This document shows positions 10,678 to 21,869 of a stretch of 64,000 nt of DNA, one piece after another (position 1 is the first letter of the stretch; each line of letters begins with the position of its first letter). The stretch spans positions 943,379 through 1,007,378 of the forward strand of contig NW_003314324.1 in the NCBI RefSeq assembly GCF_000143415.4, in the 5' to 3' direction. Made by a program: the position numbers and the translations under genes. Below the pieces are notes generated by a model. The model made no database searches. It saw nothing but the letters and a program-made list of their open reading frames with translations, and was not told the DNA's origin. Origin of the DNA: Selaginella moellendorffii. Its lineage: Eukaryota; Plantae; Lycopodiophyta.

Positions 10678-12035
10678 CGATATGGCCAATCCCACGGCCG
10701 CGGATCGTTTTGCAGGTTAACGGCAAGGGGACGTACGCTAACGCCGCTAGTGCCAGACGCGTTAACGACCCAGTAGTCAACAAAGCAGCGCCGCGAAGGT
10801 TCGGGCCCTAACGCGGCGTGCCCTAGCCCCAGGTGGGAATCGATCCCGCGACGCGCGACTTTCTCTTTTTCTTTTGCGGTCACGTTGATGTCGTGTCAAG
10901 TTTATGGGCGAGATTCCCCTGGAATCTTGACATTTATATTGGCTTCTTCAAGGTTTGGATTGGGTAAGCACACATCATCTTTTTTAACTTTCAAGCAGGC
11001 CATAGTGGAGAATACTATTGATACTGTGAGCCCCCGTCCCCGTGTCCTACGCGAAGAAAAAAAAAAAAGAAAACGACCTTGCTCTTAACATTAGTACCAT
11101 AGCGATTATAATATCCTTTACTTCCTCCACGTAGTGCTTTGGATTTGATGACATCTCCACTTTGATGAAAGCTTTTACTTTCTATTTCTTTCTTATTCAC
11201 CGGGTCAAGCTGACCAAACATCTCACATGACCCAGGCGATTAAGTTATTCACCTAAAGGTGAAGGCCCCGCGTTATTCCATCTACTTTAACCGTGTCGCG
11301 TTTGTGCGCCACTCGCTAGCTAGCTAGTGCCAAAGTGAATGTTTGGACAAAAAAGTTTCCCCTTTATTATTTACCCCACACGTCCTTGTTTCCGCTAATG
11401 CAATGAACCTTGTATGCCCAATGTATGTCGGCCCATGGTTTGTGTTTAATCTCGTATAATCCCATGTGGCCCTGAGGTTGTTTATATGATTCTATCAGCC
11501 TCACGTGCGCGTGGGCACTTATCCGCAACGTTGTCGCGGTGGAATATTCTCCGAGGATATCCTTATCCCGGGCCTTGCATGGGGCCCGGGGGCCAGCGTA
11601 CGGAGATCGGTTTCGCGACAACGATAAAAAGTGAGGCCTCGTGACGTGGTTGTGGATAGGCACGAGGGCGGCCATACCTCCTCATTATTAACAAATATCT
11701 TCTTTAATTATGGTTCTTATTTTTCCCTCCTGCCCCTTTTTTCTCCTCCTTGCGCATGAAAGAAAATCTCATCCATCCAAGCCTGTCGCTCTCGGATTCG
11801 ATTCGATTTGGTCCCCTGTTCCGGGACCCGCCAGGATCGCTACTACTACCAGGAATATGCTTCTACCGGTGATGGAATGTGCGAGGAAGCGGAATATGCT
11901 GCTGGCGGAATGTCCTGCGCATGTTTTTGAAAGTTTGAAAGACTTGTGGCGCTAACTGCGGGGATGGGCTCCGTTACAAAAAGAGAGTCGACACATTGAA
12001 TGCCTCGCAGCACCAGATTTTTTGGAGATTGATTC

Positions 12036-13019
12036 ATGACACTCGGAGCTCTGGTGTTCTTCGCTGCTGTATTGGCTGTGATTTGCGATGCCAGGAGTTT
12101 GAATGAAACGCTGTTCAGATCGTCCGCAATGGAGATCAATGTGATCAATGCTAGCGAGTGGCAGACCGGAAGGGGAACTTGGTATGGTCCTCCCCTTGGC
12201 ACTGGAACAAACAGTGAGCTAGTCTGGTCTCATGTTTAAATGATGATATCATCGGTTCTGATCGATTCTCTTTTGTGCAGCGGGTGCCTGTGGGTATGGC
12301 GAACTTGAGGGGACTCCTTACGATTCCAATATCGTCGCCATAGGAAGCGAGAGCTTTAACGATGGCCTTGGTTGTGGAGCTTGCTTCGAGGTAAATTGCT
12401 AGCTCTAGCAGAAGAAGTGAAAGGTTTCCTGAATCTTGGTGAGAATTTGATTTGATCAATGATTTAGGTAAGGTGTGTCAATGACACGAATTGCCGAGAG
12501 GAGCCCACGACTGTGGTGGTGGTGACTGACGAATGCCCAGAGTGTCCCGCGGACCAGCTAGACTTCAGCGGCACAGCGTTTGAGAGCCTCGCAATAGAAG
12601 GTCAAGGTGACGCTCTTCGAGCCAAGGGCATCATTTCAATCGAGTATAGACGGTAAAACCATCCGGATATAGTCGATCACAAGAGAATAACACTTCTATA
12701 TTGATCCAGGAAGTCTTGCGACTTTGCAGCCAACATCACCTTCGAAGTTGTGCCCGGATCAAACGAGTTTTGGATCGCGTTCTTGGTGAAGTATGTGCCA
12801 GGATACGGGGCGCTTCAAAGCGTGGAAGTCCAGAGCAGTGGAAGCAACACTTGGGAGAACGCCGCTCACCTGTGGGGAGCGGTGTGGCAAATCGATGGCC
12901 CTTTGACAACTCCAACTTCGGTGAGGGTGACGACCGTGGGTGGCGAAGTTGCCACTTGTGTTCTAACCGGGATCACGAGCTGGTCGCCTGGAGAAACTTC
13001 TACTTGTGGTGAAAGTTGA
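12036..13019 (+). CDS. Beta-expansin-like protein (4 exons: 12036-12213, 12281-12390, 12468-12652, 12710-13019)
   Basis: Signal peptide, TWYG, GACGYG, GLGCGACFEVRC, TDECP, DFSGTAF and WGAVW motifs; GT-AG introns keep the frame. Confidence 0.9.
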
Positions 13020-13082
13020 CTACAATATAGTAATTATAAAAATTTAGACATAATTATTATTTAGAAGTAATAATCATAATTA

Positions 13083-13155
13083 GGGGATGTAGCTCAAATG
13101 GTAGAGCAGTTGTTCAGCATACATCAGGTAGAAGGATCGATACCTCCCATCTCCA
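13083..13155 (+). tRNA. tRNA-Ala(AGC)-like gene, divergent (possibly a variant or pseudogene)
   Basis: GGGGATG/CATCTCC acceptor stem with G3:U70, GCTC/GAGC D-stem, anticodon loop TCAGCAT, Ala-type T-loop ATCGATA; 73 nt. Confidence 0.8.
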
Positions 13156-13538
13156 TAGTTTCCTTTGTTATTGATGCTTAAGCTCAAATAAATCTCAAGA
13201 TGCATGAACTGTTATCATCACATTACTTTGGATGCTTGGCCTTTAAGCTTTGATTCCATTAAAAAAACAATTTATGTTTCCTTGTTTATAAATCAATAGA
13301 TTGTTTCTTTCATGCATTAAGTTTAAAGATTTGGAAAGACTAAATTAAGCACTTGTTTTTGTTCCAGTGAGTGTTCTTAACAGCCGGAATTTGTAGAGAA
13401 AAATCTATAAATAAATCTTAAATATATAAATCATTTGTATCATATATATTATATAAATCATATAAATATTAAATAAATAATTATTAAGCCTTATACCTTT
13501 TATTACTATAAAACAAGGTAATGTTATTTTAGGGTTAA

Positions 13539-14162
13539 ATGTTGAGAAAGGCTTTACGTGGGGTGGTGTGTGATCTGGATGGAACGCTGCGGATCCCGCC
13601 CTCGCTCGATCTCAAGGCCCTGCTATCCTCGCTTGCAAATCGCAAGTTTCCATGTAGGGACGAGGCCGAGCTAGCACGCCAGGCTGTAGAAAGGGCGAAG
13701 GCGCTCCAGAGCTCTGGCGAAACATCACTCCCCGGGGCATTAGAGCTCTGCGACTTCATCGATTCGATCCCGCTGCCACGCGCGATCATCACGTTGAGCA
13801 GTAGAGCTGACGCGCAGAAACACGAGGTGAAGGAGCTCGCGAGGGCGTCGAGGAGATTTTCACCGATTTTTGGGGGGGAGGAGAAGGTGGTGAAGCCGTC
13901 GCCCGAGCCGCTGCTGCGAGTGTGCCACAAGTGGGGCGTGGAGCCAGGCCAAGTTTTGATGGTGGGCGATTCGGCAAAGTATGATATCGCCTGCGGCAAC
14001 AGCGCGGGAGCAATCACTTGCCTCGTTGATCCGCTGTTTCGATACAGGATTGACGAGCTCACCGGCGAGCGGCGGCCTGATTTCGTCGTCCATTCCCTCC
14101 ACGAGATCCAAGAACTCATCAGAAAGATCGGCTACCTTCCCTTTGATTGTAAATTTGATTAG
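13539..14162 (+). CDS. HAD-superfamily hydrolase
   Basis: DLDGTL (motif I), KPSPEP (motif III), VGDSAKYD (motif IV); intronless, 207 aa. Confidence 0.88.
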   Translation: MLRKALRGVVCDLDGTLRIPPSLDLKALLSSLANRKFPCRDEAELARQAVERAKALQSSGETSLPGALELCDFIDSIPLPRAIITLSSRADAQKHEVKELARASRRFSPIFGGEEKVVKPSPEPLLRVCHKWGVEPGQVLMVGDSAKYDIACGNSAGAITCLVDPLFRYRIDELTGERRPDFVVHSLHEIQELIRKIGYLPFDCKFD

Positions 14163-14440
14163 AGAGAAATATACTTACTTTGCGCTTTGATTATAGAGGA
14201 CTTACTAGAACCCGCTAGAACCCTAGAGCGAAGTGGTCTCGATTTGTCGCGCAGAGCTGAGGTTGGTTCTTATTTCTCGTCAGATGCAATGCCGCTATTG
14301 GAGATCATGGGTGTTTTCGTAGTTTCTTGTTGTGATTCTCAGCTTCGTTTTCTTGACGATTGAAAATACTCTGCGATTTCCTGTTAAATTTTGTGGTTTT
14401 TAACACACTCCTCTAACGAGATTTTGTTCTTGGACGAAGA

Positions 14441-15407
14441 ATGTTCCGCAACCTGGTGTCTGCGGCTAAGAGAGGTTTGCTCGCTCTAAAATTTTCGCTT
14501 GGAGTTTAAAGTTTTTCCTGGCCTCTCTTATAGTGTTCCAGCTGCAGCCTCCGAGCCAGCAACACCTCTTCTCGCTCACCACAGAGAAGGAGCTTGCCGC
14601 ATGGGAGCACTACTCGGATAAAAGCTTTGGAGGTTCGTGAAGAGCTGGAAAAGTTCTTCGTTACTCGTTTTTTTTATTTTGCTTCAGGGCTGTCAACGAG
14701 CAACTTTGGACTGGGCAGCGAAGGCAAAGGTTTCGTGACACCTTCTTCGAAGTTCTAATTTTCTCACGGATTTTTCAGCTGTTTTCTGGGGAGATCTCAG
14801 CCTGGAGCTCGACCAGGACAAGGTCGTGCGGATCAAAAAGAGTGGATTCGCAGGACTCAACACGAAAAGGGTGAGTGAATCACTACTTCGAACTCAAACG
14901 TTTTTTTCTTGCTCCTAGGACTATGGAATTTTCGATCTTGCTCCATTCGATGTGATCGAGATGCGTCTCAAAGGGGATGGACGCGCCTACATGACCAGCG
15001 TAAGAAACTCTTTTGTCGTCTGAGTTTTTCCTCTCTTTTTTCATGCTTTTCATTGTAGTTGCGGACAGAGAACTGGGTTGACAGAGCTATCGCCGATGAT
15101 AATAGTTGGCATCACGTAATTCACACAAGCAATGACGAGTGGAAAATCTACAAGGTAAATAGCTGCAAGCTAAACGACCCAAAAACTTGTTCTGTATACG
15201 CAGCTTGCGATCAAAGACTACAAGAGGACATGGCACGGCCGAGTTTTGGAAGAACAATGCGAGATCAATCTTTCTAGGATTGTGGGAATGGGAATCCATG
15301 TCACGGCGAGAACAACGGCGGGAGAAATCCAGGGACCGGGTCCTTACAGGCTAGAGCTCGACTGGATGAGAGCAGTGAGAACGAAAGACTTCCATAGAGA
15401 TTTCTGA
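14441..15407 (+). CDS. Complex I intermediate-associated protein 30 (CIA30/NDUFAF1-like), ~7 exons
   Basis: Spliced reading gives WEHYSDKSFGGLS, SGFAG, DLAPFD...LKGDGRAY, RTENWV, NSW, TWHGR and LELDW. Confidence 0.85.
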
Positions 15408-15556
15408 GACACTAGAGGTGAGCGAAGTTTTGTTTTGGATTAATACTTAGCTCGGAGTCCTACACATAGCAAAGTTTTCGGTCCAGCAATAAAAAAGTCG
15501 ATGCATACCAATAGTTTTGCTTGCTCACTAGAATGAATCCAAGCCAATCGGTGAAA

Positions 15557-18462
15557 CTATTTTACCACGAGCCGGAACCAGAGCCCGTGCCTGTCCAGCC
15601 ATTCATGTCCTGAAAATCCAGAGAAAAAAGCCAGTAAGACACCAGAGAAACTTAAAAACTTAAGAGACGGACTCTGAAAAGACCTGAGACGTGCCATAGG
15701 CACTGTAAGCTGCCTGGCCCTGTTGAGTGCCATATGCCGTGTAAGAACCATAGCCATAACCCTGGAGAAAAGAGCATCAAATGGAGTGGAAACCTTACAG
15801 AAAATAAAAGAAAAAACACAAACCTGTTGAGCGTACGCATTCCACTGTGCTGTTTGTGGAGCTTGCTGTTGCTGCCAGTTTTGAGGATAGCTCTGGCCTC
15901 CGTAGGCCGCGGCCCACTGTTGCTGCCCGTACGCTTGCATTGCCGCGGGGGAGCTCTTTAAGAGCTTGGCTCGATCGCTGAAGCTGGCGTCGTGTGCCAG
16001 GCGCCTCTTAAAATCAATGTATGATTTCCGGAACGGGAACAGTCCTTCGTGACGGTATTCCGCTTCCATGACAGCGTTGATGTCTCCAAATGCGTCTACA
16101 AACTGAAAAGCACGGTCTCGCAATCATCCGGAGTGGAAGTGGACACGTACCTCTAGATGTAAGCTTGAAAGTTCTTCGCGATCAGTGTGAGCTAAGCCTG
16201 TCTCGGCCTTGGTTGACTGCTGGATTAGAGAGGACAGTTTATCCAGTTGTTTAACTTCGCTACGGTACTCGTTATAGATCGCCGCCTGCGACAGTAAGAA
16301 AAGACGCTTTCAAACACAAAACAAATCCTTCATGAATTTCCATACCTCAACAGCAATCTTGGTTAGAGGAATTTCCATGGTGGCTTCCAGAACTTCCTTA
16401 GCTTTGGACTTGCGATCAATCTGCGACATAACGAGGACGTTTTAGCTCGTGGTGTTTGAGATACAATGCATACCCGACAGAGGAAACGATTATACTGGAC
16501 ATATAATAATGATAGAGTCTTAGACTCCTCCTTGGCTTTCTCTACTTCAATTGCAGACTCAAAGACGCCACAAGCAGCGTCATTGTCTCCCTGAAAAAAC
16601 AAAGTCTATTCTTCTTGTGATATAACAAATGAAAGAGCTTACCTCACGCATTTCAAAATGAGCCGCCTTTACAATCGCGTCAAGATGGCCCGGGACGAGC
16701 TCCGTGCTTATGTATTTATAAGTTTTACGAGCAGCAGTAGCATCACCGGTGCGCTCTTGAAACCTGGCGGCAAAAATATGGACATCTGGTACTTTCTGTA
16801 ATATAAAGTCATAAACCAAACCAAGGCGTATCTCAAACAAGACAGACCTTGACAAATATATGGGTCGCCCGGTGCAATGCATCGTTTGCCATTTCCAGAT
16901 TCTTCTGCTTTTCTAAATATTCGACATACCGAATCCAGTACTCGGGATAATTTGCACAGGCAATTAGGCACCTCTCAAAAAGCTTCACAACCTGCAAAAA
17001 GTGTTGATGAGCAAAGAAAATTGAGACTAAGAGCAAAACAGACCTTCTGCATGTCTGCTTCCTTCTCAACGAAATCCAGGTACTTGTGCCAGTTTGCAAG
17101 CTGCGCGTCGTCCAGAGACTTGACGTGAAAATATGGCCTGCGTATCGAGTTCTCGAAGTCCCTGATTTTGGCATCCCATTCCTTTGTTTTCTTATAAATG
17201 GCCTCTTTCGCTGATATCAGCTTCTCAGACTCGTGCGCATTTCTGGGAAGTGTTTCCGCCAAATGCCGCTTCTCTTCTGTTCTCACATCTAACCAATGTC
17301 TGTTGTTTGTGAACTGCTTAAAACTGTAGCAAGAGAAAATAAATAGTTTAGTCGACTATCAGAAAACGCTTTTCTAAACGCACCTCATGAAATACCGGTC
17401 TAGTTGCTGCAGAGGAACTTCCAAAATTCGCGTGCGCACTTGCATGAGCAAGCTATAGTCTTGCCTGGCCAATGCGTAGTCTATAAATTTGTCCCACAAG
17501 ATATGCGACAGGTAGTCCGTCCCAACCAAAGAAACTCCTCGCTCAAACAGCCTGCGAGGAAAAGGAAAAAAAAAAGAGTCATGCTACTTTCAAGGAAGAG
17601 AAGTAAAGAACGTGACTTGACACAATCAGCATAGAAAGAAAAAAGTCATTTATAACATTACAAAGTTACCTTCCTTCAGAAACACACTAGGCCCGTAGTG
17701 TCCCCTTGAACTCTTCGCAGCATCGTTTCTGTTCGTTCTATAACTGATTAAACATCTAAACTACATAGGAAAGGAAAACAAAACCAAACCGTATCGCCAA
17801 CATTCTGAGAAAAAAAATTCATTCCCGAAAGGGAAACGCTGCAGCAAGGATTACCCGATCGTTAGAAGGAAGCCAAGCAGACAAAAGTCTGCCAAAAAGC
17901 ACAGGAAAGCACGAAAACTCATGCATTAAAGGAACAAAAGCCATACCTGATGACTTCTTCCGGTGGAAACTTCTCGGCCGCATAGGCACAGTAGTGCACC
18001 CAAATGTCCACGGAATGAGCCACAGCCTTCACAGCTCGCTCGTAAACTTCGATGATCTTCTCCGGCGAGCCAAGCCGCAACTCAAAGTCAGCATACTTCT
18101 TCCAGTAACCATAGCAAAGAGGAAACTCCGCGAGAAAAGTATCGTAGCAAACACGAATGCGATCAATCTCATCCTGGAGAGACCAACAAAAATGAGAAAA
18201 GAGAGAGCAAAGCGAAAGTTACCACTTACATGCTTCTCGGTTTCTTGGATAAGTTCCGTCCACGCATTAAAATCCGCTGGATTCGCCTTGACAACGCTCC
18301 AAAGCCGTTCCTCCGGAGTGATCACTGCCATACGAAAAATTTACACTCCAATAACATCTAAAATCTCTTACCAGGAACCTCCTCAGCCTTGGGCGCTTGC
18401 TCCTCCTCGATCACTTGCTCGCTGGCATTGGCCTCCGAGGATTCTGGAGCTGGAGCTTCCAT
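15557..18462 (-). CDS. PRP39: Pre-mRNA-processing factor 39 (HAT-repeat U1 snRNP protein), multi-exon; 3' end approximate
   Basis: [74 protein letters not shown]; Gln/Tyr-rich tail. Confidence 0.9.
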
Positions 18463-18913
18463 CGCGAGACTCCACTCACTGGCAATGCCGAATCGAAACG
18501 GATGATCGGGCGCGGAGGAGAAGAGGAAGCGTACCGGAGAGCAAACCTGAGAGAAGATGGAGCGCCCTAATTTCAAAAAAGCTGAGGGCCGTCCGTTTCC
18601 AACGAGGCCAAATCCCAGCCGTCGGCTAGTTCGTTGGCGATTACGCGATCCTGACCGTTGATGTTTCACCACGTGGCGAGATTGCTTTCATGGCTGGGAT
18701 TGCTTGGGGGGGCGCTGGACAGATAACGAGGAAGAGCTTTGGGGGTTATGCGCGATTTTGGAGTGAGCGCGCATTCTTTCTTTCCTCGGTAGAACCCTAG
18801 GTTTTCTCGTGGCGATCGGCGCGCGGGCTACCGAGGAAATCGTCTCAGGTATGCATTGCATTGTGGCGATGGAATCTCCAGCTGACGAGATTTCTAGCTC
18901 AGGATGGATAAGA

Positions 18914-20595
18914 ATGTCAGGCGCAATGTCGTCACGAATGAGATCATTGAATTGGAGCATCTTCTGCTGGAAAGAGTGCGATGATATTCCGTTTCTTCTA
19001 TCGATTCTTTGTTCTTTCGCTCATTTCTTTTTCCTTGGAACGTTATCTTTCCAGTTGCAATATCGAACCGAGCGATCGGGAATTGGACTCACGAATGTCT
19101 CGATGCTACCGGAGCAAGAGCTATGCCAGAATTTGCTCGTGGATGGAAACCCACAGGCTTTTGTTGGTAAGAACTTTTCTATCTTGTTTATTGTGTTTGA
19201 TGGCACGCTTTGTATGCCGCAGAGCTCTTCACTATCACAACCACCTTAAAAATCGATCCCACTCCCAAAGAAGATGAAGAGGCTGGAATTCTCAATCCCA
19301 TTGCAGAAGCCCAGAAAACCGTGAGCTTCCTTGCTTAGAATGTACTCCAGCTTAACGTATTCTCTTTTGCAGCTTAAACGAAAGGAAACTCTAAGCAGTC
19401 TCAGTGAGAATTTAGCAGCAGCAGAGCTTGCTTCCAGAATTGGTATTCCTCTCTTCCTCATTATAAATAAGTAAGCATTCTGCAGATTTATGTTCTCCTA
19501 GATTCACCTTTTTTTCTTTGCAGAAGACCACGAGAAAGTTTTTGAAGCAAATTCTGGAACTGGGGAAATTTTTGAGAAGACTTGCTACTTTGAAAAATCC
19601 ATTGAGTATTATTCTAGAAGCCTTGCTGCGGCGATAAAAACCAAAAATGACACTCAAAAGTCTCAGGTAACGATTTATCGTGCTACTACTTCACTCACTT
19701 TTGTGTTGTAGGCCAAGTTCAATCTTGGTAAAATTTACTGGAAGATGCATAATAGCACAAAAGCAATCGAAAACTACGAGGAGTGCTTGCAACTCGCAAG
19801 AACAATTAAATACGACAAGCGCGTCGTGCAAGCTGCTAAAGAGCTTTTGGAGGTAACAAAAGCACCCATACAAAACTTGTGATTTATGTAGTTTGTGTGA
19901 AACAGATATATTGGCACTGCGCTGAGAGGTCTCGAGCGCTGCAAGACATTACAGGAAGCATCGAATACTTTGAAAAGGTAAGCGATGCGTGCTCATCGAA
20001 TTTTCCGTGACATTTTGAACAGGCTATTATGATGGCCGAGGCTTGCGGAAATGAATCAATGGGTGCTGAAGCCAAATACAACATTGGAATGTTGTATGCA
20101 AAGCTACGGAATCTGGAGAAGTCGCTAGACTATCAGACGAAATACCTCGAGTATTCATCACAGGCTGGAAACAAGGTACAGATATTCCAGAATGAGGATA
20201 ATGACGCTTTTTCTTTTTCTTTTCAGGCTGGTGAATGCAAAGCAAGGGCTTCCATGGCTGAAGCTTTTGAAGTTTGCGGAGATGTTTTAACAGCAGTCAG
20301 CCATCTTGAGCTATACCTTGAAGCAGCTGAAGACGTTGATCTCACCACACAAGTATAAAAGTAAACTTTCAATGCTAGTTACTCACATTTTCTAGCATTG
20401 CAGGCGAGGGGTCACTGCCTGCTGGGATTGCTCTACCAAAGACAACACGAACGCGACATGGCATTCGACCAGTTCCAGAGATACTTTGCTCTGGCTCGCA
20501 TCATCAAAGAGCCCGACTTGTTGGATGTTGCGCGAGTCAACATCGGCATTGTTAAGGACGTTCACGAGTTGTATTTTGGTGCATCTGCGGGATAG
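18914..20595 (+). CDS. TPR protein, TTC29-like (flagellum-associated), multi-exon; start uncertain
   Basis: LCQNLLVDG..QAFVELF, LAAAELASR, TPR-like repeats (EAKYNIGMLY, AVSHLELYLE) and C-terminal ARVNIGI resemble the TTC29 layout as recalled. Confidence 0.6.
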
Positions 20596-20746
20596 CTGTC
20601 TCTAACGAGCTCAAACGTAAGCATTCGCTATTTGCATCTTCTTTCTCGTACATACTGATCGATTTCTGTCATACCGACAAGTTTTCCAGATCACTATGAT
20701 CTAAAATCTTATTTAGACACCCGGGGAACTTTACGCTCCTGGAAGC

Positions 20747-21136
20747 TCAAGTTGGAACTTCACGAGGAACCTGGTACCCTGAGACAACAAAACAAAGTCG
20801 TTCTGATCGCGGAGGTGAGCAAGCAATCTTACCAGCGCAGGTGTAGTCGGGAGGAACATTAAAGTTGACGTTGCAGCGCTTGGGAATGGTGAGCGCGGTG
20901 GGGATGTCCACATTGTACTTCTGAGCGAGACTGCTCTGGACGCTATCGCACAGGCACTTGGGAGTGAACTTCTTGATGTTAGAACAGCAGGATGGAGATG
21001 GAGTCTTGGTAGCTCCACCCTTCTGCACGGCACTGAGGCAGGGCGCGAGCTGGATCGTGTTGCAAGTCGCCCCTTCGCTCCTTGCGATCGCGGCTAGAGC
21101 AAGAACAGCGAGAACGAGAGCTACAAACTTCTCCAT
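20747..21136 (-). CDS. Non-specific lipid-transfer protein (8-Cys motif), one intron near the C-terminus
   Basis: Signal peptide, then C-x8-C...CC...CLC...C...C; intron GTAAGA...TCTCAG at about 20779-20831. Confidence 0.9.
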   Translation of the reverse strand: MEKFVALVLAVLALAAIARSEGATCNTIQLAPCLSAVQKGGATKTPSPSCCSNIKKFTPKCLCDSVQSSLAQKYNVDIPTALTIPKRCNVNFNVPPDYTCAGKIACSPPRSERLCFVVSGYQVPREVPT

Positions 21137-21869
21137 TGCCAAAGGCTGGAAACAAAGTTACGGTGTCAAAGCTACTGCAAAGAATTGTTCTCGGCCTCTT
21201 TGCTCTTGCTTACCTTGTTTGTCCCAGTGATCGAGCCATGGAATGGAAGAGTGGGGGTCTTTTTATACGTGCTTGGGGGATCTTGTGAGTGAGAATTACA
21301 GTGATTCCTTCTAGCACTCACGCATAAAGCTAGCTCCACTTCCGAAAGAAGTATTCACACTTGTCACCTTGGACATAACACTCTGGTACATACATGTCAC
21401 CTTCTAGTACATATATGTCTTTAACTGATTTTTATACTAAAAATTAACATTTCTTTACATAAATGTCCAATAATTTGCTGAGGCATGATTTACTAGTGGT
21501 TAGTTGTGGATTGATAGTGGTGAAACACTGAACCATCCTGCTCATGCAAGATCAATTCTTAATTCTTTAATTTCTTTCCTAGGAACCTTGCTATTGCTTC
21601 ATTCGGTTTGCCTGTGTCACTCTTTCTTATTAAACTGAAAAGATAAAAAAAATATTATAATCAATATTATTTATAAGTTGAGAACTCAATCCTTCTTCCA
21701 GTGATCCAAAGAGCCACACTTGAAACATTGATCTCCAATAGTGATGCAATTGCCCACGATTGGATGTTGTTGATCCAGTCCCAGGGAGGAAATAAATTCG
21801 CCGAAAGTATAAACATGTTTATAGTTAGTAAACACAGAGGATGAGCATATACTAAAGACTATCACAGCT

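Noticed and set aside
9282-10811. Many overlapping 100-230 aa ORFs over the TZF gene
   Set aside because: Shadow ORFs caused by very high GC and poly-Ala codons.
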